The notes under the pieces: generated by a model
The model's input: the letters and a program-made list of their open reading frames with translations, nothing else
Told to the model about the DNA's origin: nothing
Databases searched by the model: none
Shown: positions 51,350 to 60,633 of the stretch, in pieces
Layout of the letters: each line of letters opens with the position of its first letter
How positions within the stretch are numbered: the first letter of the stretch is position 1
Source: Bdellovibrio sp.
GTDB taxonomy: Bacteria > Bdellovibrionota > UBA1018
Direction: 5' to 3'
DNA length: 64,000 bases
NCBI GenBank assembly: GCA_016185105.1
Contig: JACPOE010000015.1
Location: 7,492 to 71,491 of the forward strand
Program-made: the position numbers and the translations under genes

Positions 51350-52014
51350 CGACGAGCCTCTCTTAAAATTTCTGCTCGTAAGTCCTGAATTGCTTTTGCC
51401 CGATCTTTTGCAGAAAACACGGATGAGCCAGCTACAAAAACATTCACACCAGCACGAGCTAGTATTCCAATATTCTTAACAGAAACCCCACCATCAATTT
51501 CAACTAAAAAAGAGTGTTTTTTCTGAAGCTGAACTAATTTTTCAACTTTTGCGACCGTAGACTCGATAAACTTCTGTCCCCCGAACCCTGGATTCACGCT
51601 CATGACTAGAACTAGATCTACTAGGTCCAATACTTCCTCGATCAGTGACACCGAAGAAGCCGGATTTAGAGACACCCCTGCCTTGCACCCCAGTTCCCTT
51701 ATTTGCCGAAGAAGGCGGTCGAGGTGAGGTGTGGCCTCGGCGTGGACCGTAATCACATCAGCCCCTGCCTTTGCAAATGGCTCTACCCATTTTTCTGGTT
51801 CTGAAACCATCAGATGACAGTCTAACGGAAGCCGGGTAACGGGCCGAATCGACTGAACAATCACAGGACCTAACGTAAGATTGGGAACAAAGTGACCATC
51901 CATGACATCGACATGAATCCAATCAGCTCCCCCAGCTTCAACACTTTTGATTTCATCCCCGAGACATGCAAAATCGGCGGACAGCACAGACGGCGCAATC
52001 AATGCCTTGGACAT
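51346..52014 (-). CDS. rpe: ribulose-phosphate 3-epimerase
   Basis: 222 aa with IAPSVLSADF, HVDVMDGHFVPN, MSVNPGFGGQ and VDGG-type (EIDGGV) motifs. It overlaps the hutH start by 4 nt. Confidence 0.95.
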   Translation of the reverse strand: MSKALIAPSVLSADFACLGDEIKSVEAGGADWIHVDVMDGHFVPNLTLGPVIVQSIRPVTRLPLDCHLMVSEPEKWVEPFAKAGADVITVHAEATPHLDRLLRQIRELGCKAGVSLNPASSVSLIEEVLDLVDLVLVMSVNPGFGGQKFIESTVAKVEKLVQLQKKHSFLVEIDGGVSVKNIGILARAGVNVFVAGSSVFSAKDRAKAIQDLRAEILREARR

Positions 52015-52052
52015 CTTTCCGGCTCCTGTTCTTAAAACTCTGAAAATATGGG

Positions 52053-52991
52053 CTATACTAGCTTGAGAGGAAGGACCTGTCCACGACCACGAAGGCCGTT
52101 GAGGAATTCAGCAACATCGACCTCCTTTTTTCCATCCCACTGAAGCCTGATCAATTCTAAAGAGCCCTCAGTTGTGCCCAGGAGCAGCATTCCAGCTTTT
52201 TCAAAAATCAGGCCTGGAGTCCCAGCGATGTCCCTCCGGGCCAAGGCCGCTTTAATTTTAAGACGCTGCCCCCCTACCCTCACACTCGTACCAGGCCAGG
52301 GGTTCAACGCCCTTACCCTGCGATCCAAAACCTCAGCAGGCTGGCTAGAATCTAGGAGTTCCATCTCTTTTGTGAGTCTTGGAGCCAGAGTCACCCTTGA
52401 TTCATCCTGGATCGTTTTGACCAAGGTATTCCGCTCGAGCCCTTCGAGGGTGGGCAAGATCATCTTTGCGCCAAGAACGGCTAGGCGATCATGTAAACTT
52501 TTTGTGGTCTCATGCGGCTCGATAGTCACCTTTTCCTGCAACAAAACTGGCCCGGCATCGAGTTTTTGAGCCATGACCATAGTGGAAACGCCGGTCTCCT
52601 GATCTCCCGCCAAAATAGCCCACTGAAAAGGAGCCGCCCCTCGCCACCTAGGGAGCAGTGAAAAATGGACGTTGATGCAGCCAAAACGGGGAAGATCCAA
52701 GACATTCCTTTTGAGAATTTGGCCATAGGCCACAACCACAAGAAAGTCAGGCTGAAGCGCTGAAAGCTTTTCGAATTCCCCAGGCAAAGTCATTTTTTCA
52801 GGCTGAAATACGGGTAACCCAAACTCGAGAGCCTTGGCCTTGACCGGAGAAACCTTGACTTCGAGACCACGGCCTACCGGCTTATCGGGTTGGGTGTAGA
52901 CTCCAACGATCTGATATTTTCCAGATTTCTGAATGATATCTAAAACTGGGACCGCTGCATCTGGCGTTCCCATAAAAACCACGCGGTTCAT
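52053..52991 (-). CDS. fmt: methionyl-tRNA formyltransferase
   Basis: 312 aa with VVFMGTP, INVHFSLLPRWRGAAP and the C-terminal Fmt_C domain. Confidence 0.95.
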   Translation of the reverse strand: MNRVVFMGTPDAAVPVLDIIQKSGKYQIVGVYTQPDKPVGRGLEVKVSPVKAKALEFGLPVFQPEKMTLPGEFEKLSALQPDFLVVVAYGQILKRNVLDLPRFGCINVHFSLLPRWRGAAPFQWAILAGDQETGVSTMVMAQKLDAGPVLLQEKVTIEPHETTKSLHDRLAVLGAKMILPTLEGLERNTLVKTIQDESRVTLAPRLTKEMELLDSSQPAEVLDRRVRALNPWPGTSVRVGGQRLKIKAALARRDIAGTPGLIFEKAGMLLLGTTEGSLELIRLQWDGKKEVDVAEFLNGLRGRGQVLPLKLV

Positions 52992-52994
52992 TTT

Positions 52995-53630
52995 TCAAAA
53001 CCCTTTTGTCTTTTTGGTTTTGTCAGGCCCCGACTGAAATCCAATTTCAGCTTCTTCCTCGTCTCTCAGCAACCGTTCGTGCTTTAGCTTTTTCTTTGCC
53101 ATCTCTTTTTTCAGAGGGCTGAGCCGATCAATAAATAACTTTCCATCGAGATGATCCATTTCATGTTGCAGAATGGTGGCCAAATATCCTTCTGCGCTAA
53201 TCTTCCTTTGGACACCATCAATGTCTTGATAGGTAACAATAATTTTTTCGGCTCTCTTCACTTCCGCAGAGTATTCAGGAACGGACAGGCAGGCCTCACG
53301 GGACGTGACTGACCCTTCTCGAAGAATGATCTCTGGGTTAAAAATGATTTGAGGCTTTTTATTCTTGATCAGCAAGTTACCGACAACTTCTCCTCCGGGG
53401 GGAATTGGAGCGCCCTTCGGGAGTTCAATCAGGTCAAACTCTGAGTCCACGACAAGAATTCGTTTCAAAATTCCAACCTGATTTGCGGCCAGTCCGCATC
53501 CGATTTCGTAGTACATCGTTTCCAGCATGTCGTCGGCAAGTTTGTAAAAGGATTTGTCGACGCGCTGAACTGGTTCAGCCTTTTGAGCCAAGACTGCATC
53601 AGGAAATGTATAGACTTTAAGTTTAGCCAT
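52995..53630 (-). CDS. def: peptide deformylase (with Lys-rich C-terminal extension)
   Basis: Motifs GCGLAANQVG, EACLSVP (EGCLS variant) and HEMDHLDG. At 211 aa it is about 40 aa longer than typical, through a charged tail. Confidence 0.93.
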   Translation of the reverse strand: MAKLKVYTFPDAVLAQKAEPVQRVDKSFYKLADDMLETMYYEIGCGLAANQVGILKRILVVDSEFDLIELPKGAPIPPGGEVVGNLLIKNKKPQIIFNPEIILREGSVTSREACLSVPEYSAEVKRAEKIIVTYQDIDGVQRKISAEGYLATILQHEMDHLDGKLFIDRLSPLKKEMAKKKLKHERLLRDEEEAEIGFQSGPDKTKKTKGF

Positions 53631-53635
53631 GAGTT

Positions 53636-54709
53636 TTATTGCCTACGAGTTATGAAGACAGCCCCTAGAGTTCCAAAAACGATACTTGGAAGCCAGGCAG
53701 CAAGCCAGGGGGGCAAAGCTCCTTTGGAGCCTAGAGATAAACCTGTAGAATAAAAAAGCCAATAGAAAAGGGTCATAAGCAGACAGATCCCTAAATCTCT
53801 GGCAACCCCACCCGAGCGCCTATTTCCTACCGAAAATGGAACAGCAAGTAGACACATCACAATAGGAACGAAGCATAAACTGATTCTAGATTGAAGCTTG
53901 ACTTCAAGTGCTTTGGTATCTGCTCCTGAATTTTTCAACTTTTTGATATAACTCCGAAGGTCTCTGAAACGAAGACCATCGACTTCCTTTTCAATTTCCT
54001 GAAAGTCTTTTGGCGTTTCTGAAATAAAGACCTCCTTTTCCGTGAACTCTTTAGCCAAGGGAAAGGGATCATCCGGCGAAAAAACCGTGACCGTACCGTT
54101 GTAGAGCTTCCATCCTTTTGGACTAAACTCAGCTCGCTCAGCGCCTATGACCTGAAGCAGATTGAATTGGTCATCGAAACTGTAGATGGACATTCCAAAA
54201 ATGGTTTTAGCCTGGTTATCAAAACGTTGCAGGTTGTAGATCATATTTTTAGATCGGTACCAAACCTTGTCCCGCTTAACGTCCAAGAAGAAATCGGGTT
54301 GCTGAAGCATGACCTTGTAGTGATAGGTGGTTCGAACCCTAAAAAGAGGCGGTAAGACCCTGTCTTCCATAAAAAGGATCGCACAAGATTCAATCAAGAC
54401 CAGCAGCAAAATCAATCCCATCATCCGACGAAGCCCATACCCAATCGAAAAACAGGCAACGAGTTCATTTGTCCTAGATAGACCTGCCAATGTCAGAACA
54501 GTGGCCATCATGGTTGCAGCTGGTGCCATTTCTACCATGGTCTTGGGAACATTCATCCAATGGTAGAAAAGAATCTGGCGGATCGCGTAGTGCTGATCAT
54601 AAAGGTCGGTAAACATCGACTGAAATAAAAACAAGGCCGTCATCGCTAGAACGCCCAACGCCAAATTTTTAGAAAAAATGAGTGCAAGATACCGATCCAG
54701 GGTTTTCAT
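53636..54709 (-). CDS. LptF/LptG-family (YjgP/YjgQ) LPS export permease
   Basis: 357 aa with the N-terminus MKTLDRYLALIF, 3+3 TM segments flanking a periplasmic beta-jellyroll-sized loop, and the expected length. Confidence 0.8.
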   Translation of the reverse strand: MKTLDRYLALIFSKNLALGVLAMTALFLFQSMFTDLYDQHYAIRQILFYHWMNVPKTMVEMAPAATMMATVLTLAGLSRTNELVACFSIGYGLRRMMGLILLLVLIESCAILFMEDRVLPPLFRVRTTYHYKVMLQQPDFFLDVKRDKVWYRSKNMIYNLQRFDNQAKTIFGMSIYSFDDQFNLLQVIGAERAEFSPKGWKLYNGTVTVFSPDDPFPLAKEFTEKEVFISETPKDFQEIEKEVDGLRFRDLRSYIKKLKNSGADTKALEVKLQSRISLCFVPIVMCLLAVPFSVGNRRSGGVARDLGICLLMTLFYWLFYSTGLSLGSKGALPPWLAAWLPSIVFGTLGAVFITRRQ

Positions 54710-54793
54710 TCTGAGGGTTAGCTTAACCCCGATTCAGCCTGGGGGCGAGGATTTCTCTATAACTTCACTACAAAGGGCGCTATCCTTTTAGTC

Positions 54794-55621
54794 ATGGTCG
54801 ATCATCGTTCACACTCGCCCCGGTCACCACACCCCTCCCAAACGAATCACCCTCACCCCCATTCAGGTCATACGCACCCCTCCGGAAAGAACCCAGGTGG
54901 CTCAGCCAATTCGAAACGACTGATTCTGGAAAATCTTGTATCTCTTGCTGTGGCGCTTTTGATCGTTTTTGCAGTTCGTTCAAGCATCATAGAACCTTTT
55001 AAAATCCCCTCGGGATCAATGATTCCTACTCTGTTGATCGGTGACCACATTTTCGTAAACAAATTTGCGTACGGCTTAAAGGTCCCCTTTTCCGACTTAA
55101 TAGGGGAACGTCCTGTATTTCTCATCCCAGGTGAACTACCAAAAAGGGGTGATATTGTGGTTTTCGTCTATCCGCGGGATGAAAGCATCTACTACGTCAA
55201 ACGCGTCGTTGGCCTTCCCGGCGACACCGTCGATATTCGAAATAAAGTTTTATATGTGAATAACACCATGATCTCGAGAGAGCTGGCCTCCGCCAGTGCC
55301 GCCGAAGACCTTTTCTATAAGCTCGACGATCCAAAGTATACGGCTCAAAATCTCGACCTCTATACAGAAAACTTGGACCAAAGCCGCCACCTTATTATGC
55401 TTGATAAGACTAACTTTTCGGGAGAAAGCCACGGTCCGTTTACCGTACCCCCAGATAGCCTTTTTGTTATGGGTGACAATCGAGACTTTTCTAATGACAG
55501 CCGATTTTGGGGATTTGTTCCTATGAAAAACGTGAAAGGAAAAGCTGTGGCTATTTGGCTCTCCCTGAGTTTTGATCCACTTTCTTTTCGACCTTCCCGA
55601 ATTGGAACAGTCCTAAAATAG
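54794..55621 (+). CDS. lepB: signal peptidase I with His/Pro-rich N-terminal tail
   Basis: Catalytic Ser box IPSGSMIPTL, Lys box YVKRVVGLPGD and GDNRDFSNDSRFWG. It is preceded by about 43 aa (MVDHRSHSPRSPHPSQTNHPHPHSGHTHPSG...). Confidence 0.92.
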   Translation: MVDHRSHSPRSPHPSQTNHPHPHSGHTHPSGKNPGGSANSKRLILENLVSLAVALLIVFAVRSSIIEPFKIPSGSMIPTLLIGDHIFVNKFAYGLKVPFSDLIGERPVFLIPGELPKRGDIVVFVYPRDESIYYVKRVVGLPGDTVDIRNKVLYVNNTMISRELASASAAEDLFYKLDDPKYTAQNLDLYTENLDQSRHLIMLDKTNFSGESHGPFTVPPDSLFVMGDNRDFSNDSRFWGFVPMKNVKGKAVAIWLSLSFDPLSFRPSRIGTVLK

Positions 55622-55632
55622 TCTCGGCTAGA

Positions 55633-56346
55633 TCAATGCACACGATCAGCGACTTGATCCACAACCCTAGCCAAGAACCTCCGAGTTTTCGGAGAGAGAC
55701 GATCTGTTTGTAACGCCAAAGAAGGCCCAACTCTGTAATAAAATCTAATGAAGGCACGTCCCCAAACCGAGTGAGCCAAAGACTCATCTCGGTACCTGCG
55801 CAAATTTTCTAAGGAACCCGGCTTTAGCAAGTCATTCAGTGCAGTGGCGACAAAACACTGATGTACGCTCAAAATTTTATACGCATACCTGAACTCTTCG
55901 CGATGCACAGGTTTGTCTCCGGTAAGGTATTTTCTCAACGCCTCAGCGCACAGATGTTGAAAAGGCATGCCCTTTGAAAATGCGACGTACTTTTCAAGGT
56001 AGTGATGAAATTCCTTCTGACGTTCTTTGGATTTTGTACGATCGTAGAGCTTGACCAAGTCCCAATAGACACCGCTGATCATCAAAAGCTCGGGCAGATC
56101 TTGCTTTGCGTCAAAATGAGACGGAAGCAACCCTCCGGGAGAAACATCCTTAATTTCCTCTAGAATTTTGATGTAGGTCAGGAAATGATTGACGGCCTCA
56201 GTCAATTTTCTGCGCTGATAAGCAGAAATTCCCGCCCGAGCAAGCTCCAGCCTAGTATTTTCAAGCTTTCGTTTTCTTTCTTTTTCTTGAAATTCAATCT
56301 GGGTTTCGATGCGTTTTCTCGCATAACTGATGCTCTTATCTTTCAT
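55633..56346 (-). CDS. hypothetical protein with coiled-coil N-terminus and a Cys-Phe...RxYRD...YY..P C-terminal module
   Basis: 237 aa clean ORF tightly packed between priA and lepB. The C-terminal CFVATALNDLLKPGSLENLRRYRDESLAHSVWGRAFIRFYYRVGPSLA resembles a recurrent C-terminal module I remember (CF.ATA.YG...LR.FRD..L...G..FV..YY..SP..A); I cannot recall its family name. Confidence 0.6.
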   Translation of the reverse strand: MKDKSISYARKRIETQIEFQEKERKRKLENTRLELARAGISAYQRRKLTEAVNHFLTYIKILEEIKDVSPGGLLPSHFDAKQDLPELLMISGVYWDLVKLYDRTKSKERQKEFHHYLEKYVAFSKGMPFQHLCAEALRKYLTGDKPVHREEFRYAYKILSVHQCFVATALNDLLKPGSLENLRRYRDESLAHSVWGRAFIRFYYRVGPSLALQTDRLSPKTRRFLARVVDQVADRVH

Positions 56347-56354
56347 GTCATAAA

Positions 56355-58400
56355 TTATAACCCAAAAGGGTCCACGTCAGCGGAAAACTGCCATCTTTGG
56401 TGTTCACAATATTCATTCACCATATAAAAAGCCTGATGAATTGCCCGAATGTCTTTGGACTTAAGGAGAAGATCCCAACGATAAGTTCCCCTAGCTTTTT
56501 CAAGAAACGCTTCGCTGGGTCCAAGAATCTGAAGATCCGATTTTTTTTCAGCTAAGAGTCGTTGCATGGTCTCAGCCCGTAAGATCGCTTCATTCCTATG
56601 GCGAGACTCAAATCGAAACCGCGCAATTCTACCAAAGGGCGGATATCCTAATACCTGCCGTAGCTCGCGCTCTGAATTCAGAAAGTCTGTTTCGCTCATC
56701 TGTCCAGTCAGAGAAAGCAGAACAGGATGTTCAACATCAAAGGTCTGAATTAAAACCTTACCCGGCTTTTCACGACGCCCTGCACGTCCTGCCACTTGTT
56801 TTAAGACCTGAAAAGCTCTTTCAGACGCACGAAAATCAGGCCAGCGAAAGAGAGCATCCGCTAATATAACCACCACCAGAGTCACACCCGCAAAATCATG
56901 TCCTTTGACCAGCATCTGTGTCCCTAGGAGCAGATTGAAACGCCCTTGCGCAAACTCTGCAAGAACCTTGTTCAACCGAGTGGTGGAAGTAATTTGATCT
57001 CTGTCCAAACGGATTAACCTGGCTTCGGAAATTAACTTAGGAAGCTCCTCCTCGAGGCTTTCAGTGCCCGCTCCTACCGGCTGCAAATCCAGGCCATGGC
57101 ATTTTAAACAACGCTCAGAAATTCCCTCTTCGTGGCCACATACATGGCATTTCAAAAGACGATCTCGCTTATGCACGGTAAGAGAAATCGAACATGACGG
57201 ACACTCGACTCCCTCTCCGCAATCTTTGCAAACCAGAAAGGATGCAAAACCGCGTCGATTCAAAAAAACCATCGCCTGCTCGCCCGCGGCCAAAGTGTTC
57301 TGAATTTCGCGAATCGTTTTTTCGGCCAGCAACGCTTGAGTATCGGGGACACAAGCCTCCTCACAAAGATCTATCAGCTCGATCTTAGGAAGCCCCCCCG
57401 GCGAAAATCGCCGACTTAAACGAACGAGATGGTATTTACCCTCTCTTACCCTCTCCAAAGTTTCTAAACTCGGCGTCGCCGATCCGAGAAGCACAGTTGC
57501 TCCTACTTGCTTGCCTCGCACAATCGCAAGATCCCGAGCATGATACCGCACACGGTCCTCCTGCTTGAAAGTAGGATCGTGTTCCTCGTCAACCACAATC
57601 AAACCTAAATCCGGTAGGGGAGCAAAAACAGCGGAACGAGCGCCCACAAGAACTCGTAACTTCCCCTCGACAATTTCCTGGCTCTGTTCCTGACGTTTCC
57701 CTTGAGCCACCGCAGAATGCCAAAGACCTACTTTACAACCCAAGCCTTCTTCAAAACGGCGGTGCAGCTGAGGCGTCAAAGCTATTTCTGGTACCAGAAC
57801 AAGAACGGTTTTACCCTGGGCCAAAATCGTTTTTGCAAACTCGATGTAAATTTCGGTTTTTCCACTTCCTGTAACGCCCTGTACAAGCACTACAGAGGCC
57901 GATTTTTGAGCACGAACAGTTTCGATCTCGTCGAAGGCCTGTTTCTGTTCCTCCGTCAAGACGATCGGCTTGATTTCAGGAATCGCCTTTTCTGCTGCTC
58001 GCGATCTTTTCGTTTTTTGCAAAACATCGCGAATCCGAATCCCTGCCAGTGGCGCTGCGCAGTTCAAAATCTCTCCCAGCGGTGTACAGTAATACTCATG
58101 CGCCCAACGGCAAAGTGCATACACGTCCTGGGGAATCGAATACTTCGGGTCTCCGACTTCAGAAATAGGTTTAAGCTGATCCACTTGGAGATTCGACGAA
58201 AGAGTCGATAACTCGGCCGGGGCCTGAACTATAAAAGCATGAGTTTGGGTCTTCCCAAATGGCACTTTTACCCATCCGCCAACTCTGATCTGATCCTTGA
58301 ACCGACTGGGTAATCTGTAGGTAAATAATCGATTCAACGGTCGAGGAAGTGCAACCGACAATAACAAATCTGCAGGTTCAACATCCTTATCGGAGAACAT
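56355..58400 (-). CDS. priA: primosomal replication restart helicase PriA
   Basis: Walker A GVTGSGKTEIY, DEEHD box, and Cys-rich zinc module CKDCGEGVECPSCSISLTVH...CHVCGH...CLKCHG. I chose the ATG at 58400 (MFSDKDV...); the maximal ORF starts at 58451. Confidence 0.93.
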   Translation of the reverse strand: MFSDKDVEPADLLLSVALPRPLNRLFTYRLPSRFKDQIRVGGWVKVPFGKTQTHAFIVQAPAELSTLSSNLQVDQLKPISEVGDPKYSIPQDVYALCRWAHEYYCTPLGEILNCAAPLAGIRIRDVLQKTKRSRAAEKAIPEIKPIVLTEEQKQAFDEIETVRAQKSASVVLVQGVTGSGKTEIYIEFAKTILAQGKTVLVLVPEIALTPQLHRRFEEGLGCKVGLWHSAVAQGKRQEQSQEIVEGKLRVLVGARSAVFAPLPDLGLIVVDEEHDPTFKQEDRVRYHARDLAIVRGKQVGATVLLGSATPSLETLERVREGKYHLVRLSRRFSPGGLPKIELIDLCEEACVPDTQALLAEKTIREIQNTLAAGEQAMVFLNRRGFASFLVCKDCGEGVECPSCSISLTVHKRDRLLKCHVCGHEEGISERCLKCHGLDLQPVGAGTESLEEELPKLISEARLIRLDRDQITSTTRLNKVLAEFAQGRFNLLLGTQMLVKGHDFAGVTLVVVILADALFRWPDFRASERAFQVLKQVAGRAGRREKPGKVLIQTFDVEHPVLLSLTGQMSETDFLNSERELRQVLGYPPFGRIARFRFESRHRNEAILRAETMQRLLAEKKSDLQILGPSEAFLEKARGTYRWDLLLKSKDIRAIHQAFYMVNEYCEHQRWQFSADVDPFGL

Positions 58401-59226
58401 CGAAGTACTGCTTTGCAAAAATGAGCAGCGCCTGGAAATTCTTTTGAGCATCTAGATTCTCTGGCTCAGTCACAGGCTGATTAAATAGAGAGGCAGGAAC
58501 CGCACTTTCAGAAATATTCGAAATCTCAATCAGGCGGCTCTCAAAAAGAATCTCTCCGGATTTCTTTTTCAAGACCGTAACGACCCGAGGGTAGTAGAAG
58601 GTAGTTCCGATTTCATCGAATTGAATTTCAACTTCTTCACCCAATCCTTCTGAAGGCATGAGGAGCCTTAGGGGCTGAAACCCATCTTTTTGAAACCAAA
58701 CTTGTGCCCCTTGGCCAACCACCCAAGCTATCGTGTTCTTCCATCGACTCATGGATTCATCTTCAGCTTTAATCCGCTCTTCCTCAGTCAAAAGAGTAAG
58801 AAGATCTTGCTCAAGTCGAATTGGAATTCCTTTTTCTTTCAACGCCAGGCCGACCTGATTCACGTCAGTACCCAACACCAGCTGCGTAAATGCAGAAGCA
58901 CTTGCTGCACTTTTTTCTAGAGATTGTAACTTTCTACCTGACTCATCTTGGGCAATGCCTTTGAAAAAAGACACGCTCGGACCGAAAAAAGCGGTCTCCT
59001 TAAAGTGAAGGTCGGTGGGCTTACCCTCCTTAAAAAGAGTAACCTTACTGCGAACACGAACCAGCTTGTTAGCACTGTGTCGACCTATCCAGGTCTTCAA
59101 GATAAATCCGGAAGGTGGAATATAGGCATAGGCGTCTTGAAACGAAAACAATACTCCGGCCAAAAGAGCCACACCCAAAAAGCCTCTGAAAGAATTCCGA
59201 TGAACTGTAGACTTGAATATAGACAA
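58387..59226 (-). CDS. hypothetical exported protein
   Basis: 279 aa with an N-terminal signal-like segment (FLGVALLAGVLFSFQDAYA) and no motif I recognise. It lies in an operon position between galU and priA. Confidence 0.6.
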   Translation of the reverse strand: MSIFKSTVHRNSFRGFLGVALLAGVLFSFQDAYAYIPPSGFILKTWIGRHSANKLVRVRSKVTLFKEGKPTDLHFKETAFFGPSVSFFKGIAQDESGRKLQSLEKSAASASAFTQLVLGTDVNQVGLALKEKGIPIRLEQDLLTLLTEEERIKAEDESMSRWKNTIAWVVGQGAQVWFQKDGFQPLRLLMPSEGLGEEVEIQFDEIGTTFYYPRVVTVLKKKSGEILFESRLIEISNISESAVPASLFNQPVTEPENLDAQKNFQALLIFAKQYFDVLR

Positions 59227-59228
59227 GC

Positions 59229-60095
59229 TTAGCTCCTCAAGTGTTTTTTCATAATCTCTCTCACACCTTCTGCCAGGTCTTTTCTTTTCAAGGCATAGGC
59301 TAGAGTCGCATCAATATAACCTAAACGGTCTCCTGAATCGTAACGAGTTCCTTCAAATTCATAAGCTAATAGTTTTTCAGTCTGTGCGAGCATTTGCAAG
59401 GCATCTGTAAGTTGTATTTCTCCACCCTTACCTGGCTTTGTTTTACGCAAAAATTCAAAAATACTCGCGCTCAAGATGTACCGTCCGGGAATCGCAAACT
59501 GAGAAGGCGCAGCAGCAGGACTTGGCTTCTCAACAAGACTTGTAACCTCCGTAAGCCTGGGACCCACGGACTTGCCCCCAATTATTCCATATTTGTTCAC
59601 TTCGGCCTTCGGCACTTCCATTACCCCCACCACCGAAGCGTGCTCCTTCTCAAAAACATCAATCAGCTGGCGAGTGCAGGGAACCTTGGAGTCAATCAGG
59701 TCATCTCCCAAAAGGACTGCAAAGGGTTCATCTCCAACTGCTGGTGCTGCACACAACACGGCATGTCCCAGTCCCATCGGATTTTTTTGACGAATTGAAA
59801 TCAGATTACACATTTGGCCAATTGAGCGCGACAAATCAGCAAGGTCTTTCTTGTTTTTCTCATCAAGCGAAGTTTCCAGTTCGACATTAAAATCAAAATG
59901 GTTTTCGATGGATTCTTTATGCCGTGCAGTAATTAAAATGACATCTTCGATGCCAGACTTAACCGCTTCTTCAACGATCAGCTGGATCATGGGAATATCA
60001 ACAATAGGGATCATTTCCTTGGGAATAGCCTTAGTAGCAGGAAGAAAGCGAGTACCCATCCCAGCAGCAGGGATAACTGCCTTTCGAACTTTCAT
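59229..60095 (-). CDS. galU: UTP--glucose-1-phosphate uridylyltransferase
   Basis: KAVIPAAGMGTRFLPATKAIPKEMIPIVD, VLLGDDL and VEKP motifs. I chose the ATG at 60095 (MKVRKAVIP); the ORF-track start at 60197 would overlap the upstream gene. Confidence 0.93.
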   Translation of the reverse strand: MKVRKAVIPAAGMGTRFLPATKAIPKEMIPIVDIPMIQLIVEEAVKSGIEDVILITARHKESIENHFDFNVELETSLDEKNKKDLADLSRSIGQMCNLISIRQKNPMGLGHAVLCAAPAVGDEPFAVLLGDDLIDSKVPCTRQLIDVFEKEHASVVGVMEVPKAEVNKYGIIGGKSVGPRLTEVTSLVEKPSPAAAPSQFAIPGRYILSASIFEFLRKTKPGKGGEIQLTDALQMLAQTEKLLAYEFEGTRYDSGDRLGYIDATLAYALKRKDLAEGVREIMKKHLRS

Positions 60096-60136
60096 TTTTG
60101 ACACGATGACTCCTCCGGTGGCTTCCGGAGAAAGAT

Positions 60137-60511
60137 TCACATTCTGCCTGGAAACCGATGTTCTTCGGACTCTAGCTCGGCTTTGCAATCGATGCAAAGA
60201 GTTGTGAATGGAAATGCCTCAATCCGGCCTTCAGAAATCGACTCACCGCAACGCTCGCAGTCCCCAAAGGAACCGTCATTCAAACGCTTCAAAGCTTCAT
60301 CAATTTGCCAGAGAACGTTCCGATCCCGGTTCTTCATTTGAAGAGTCAGGGTCTTATCGGTTTCAGCAGCGGCTTGATCAACGGAGTCCGTATATACGGA
60401 TTCGTCGTTAATCAATTGGACGGTGGCTTGGCGCAGATCCTCTGCCAGCGCCTCACGGCGGGCAACAAGCTGCATCCGATATCCTTCGACCTTTTCCTTG
60501 CGTAATGGCAT
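60137..60511 (-). CDS. DksA/TraR-family C4 zinc-finger protein (second copy in window)
   Basis: 124 aa with a coiled-coil N-terminal region and the zinc finger GDCERCGESISEGRIEAFPFTTLCIDCK. Confidence 0.85.
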   Translation of the reverse strand: MPLRKEKVEGYRMQLVARREALAEDLRQATVQLINDESVYTDSVDQAAAETDKTLTLQMKNRDRNVLWQIDEALKRLNDGSFGDCERCGESISEGRIEAFPFTTLCIDCKAELESEEHRFPGRM

Positions 60512-60633
60512 GCGGGAGTGTTTAGCTAGATTATCTCGCTATGTAAAGAGAATTTTGACGCTTCACAACCCGACAACTATGCAACAAAACAAAGAACTGT
60601 CTTTCAAAAAAACACAGAATCGAGCTTCAAAAC

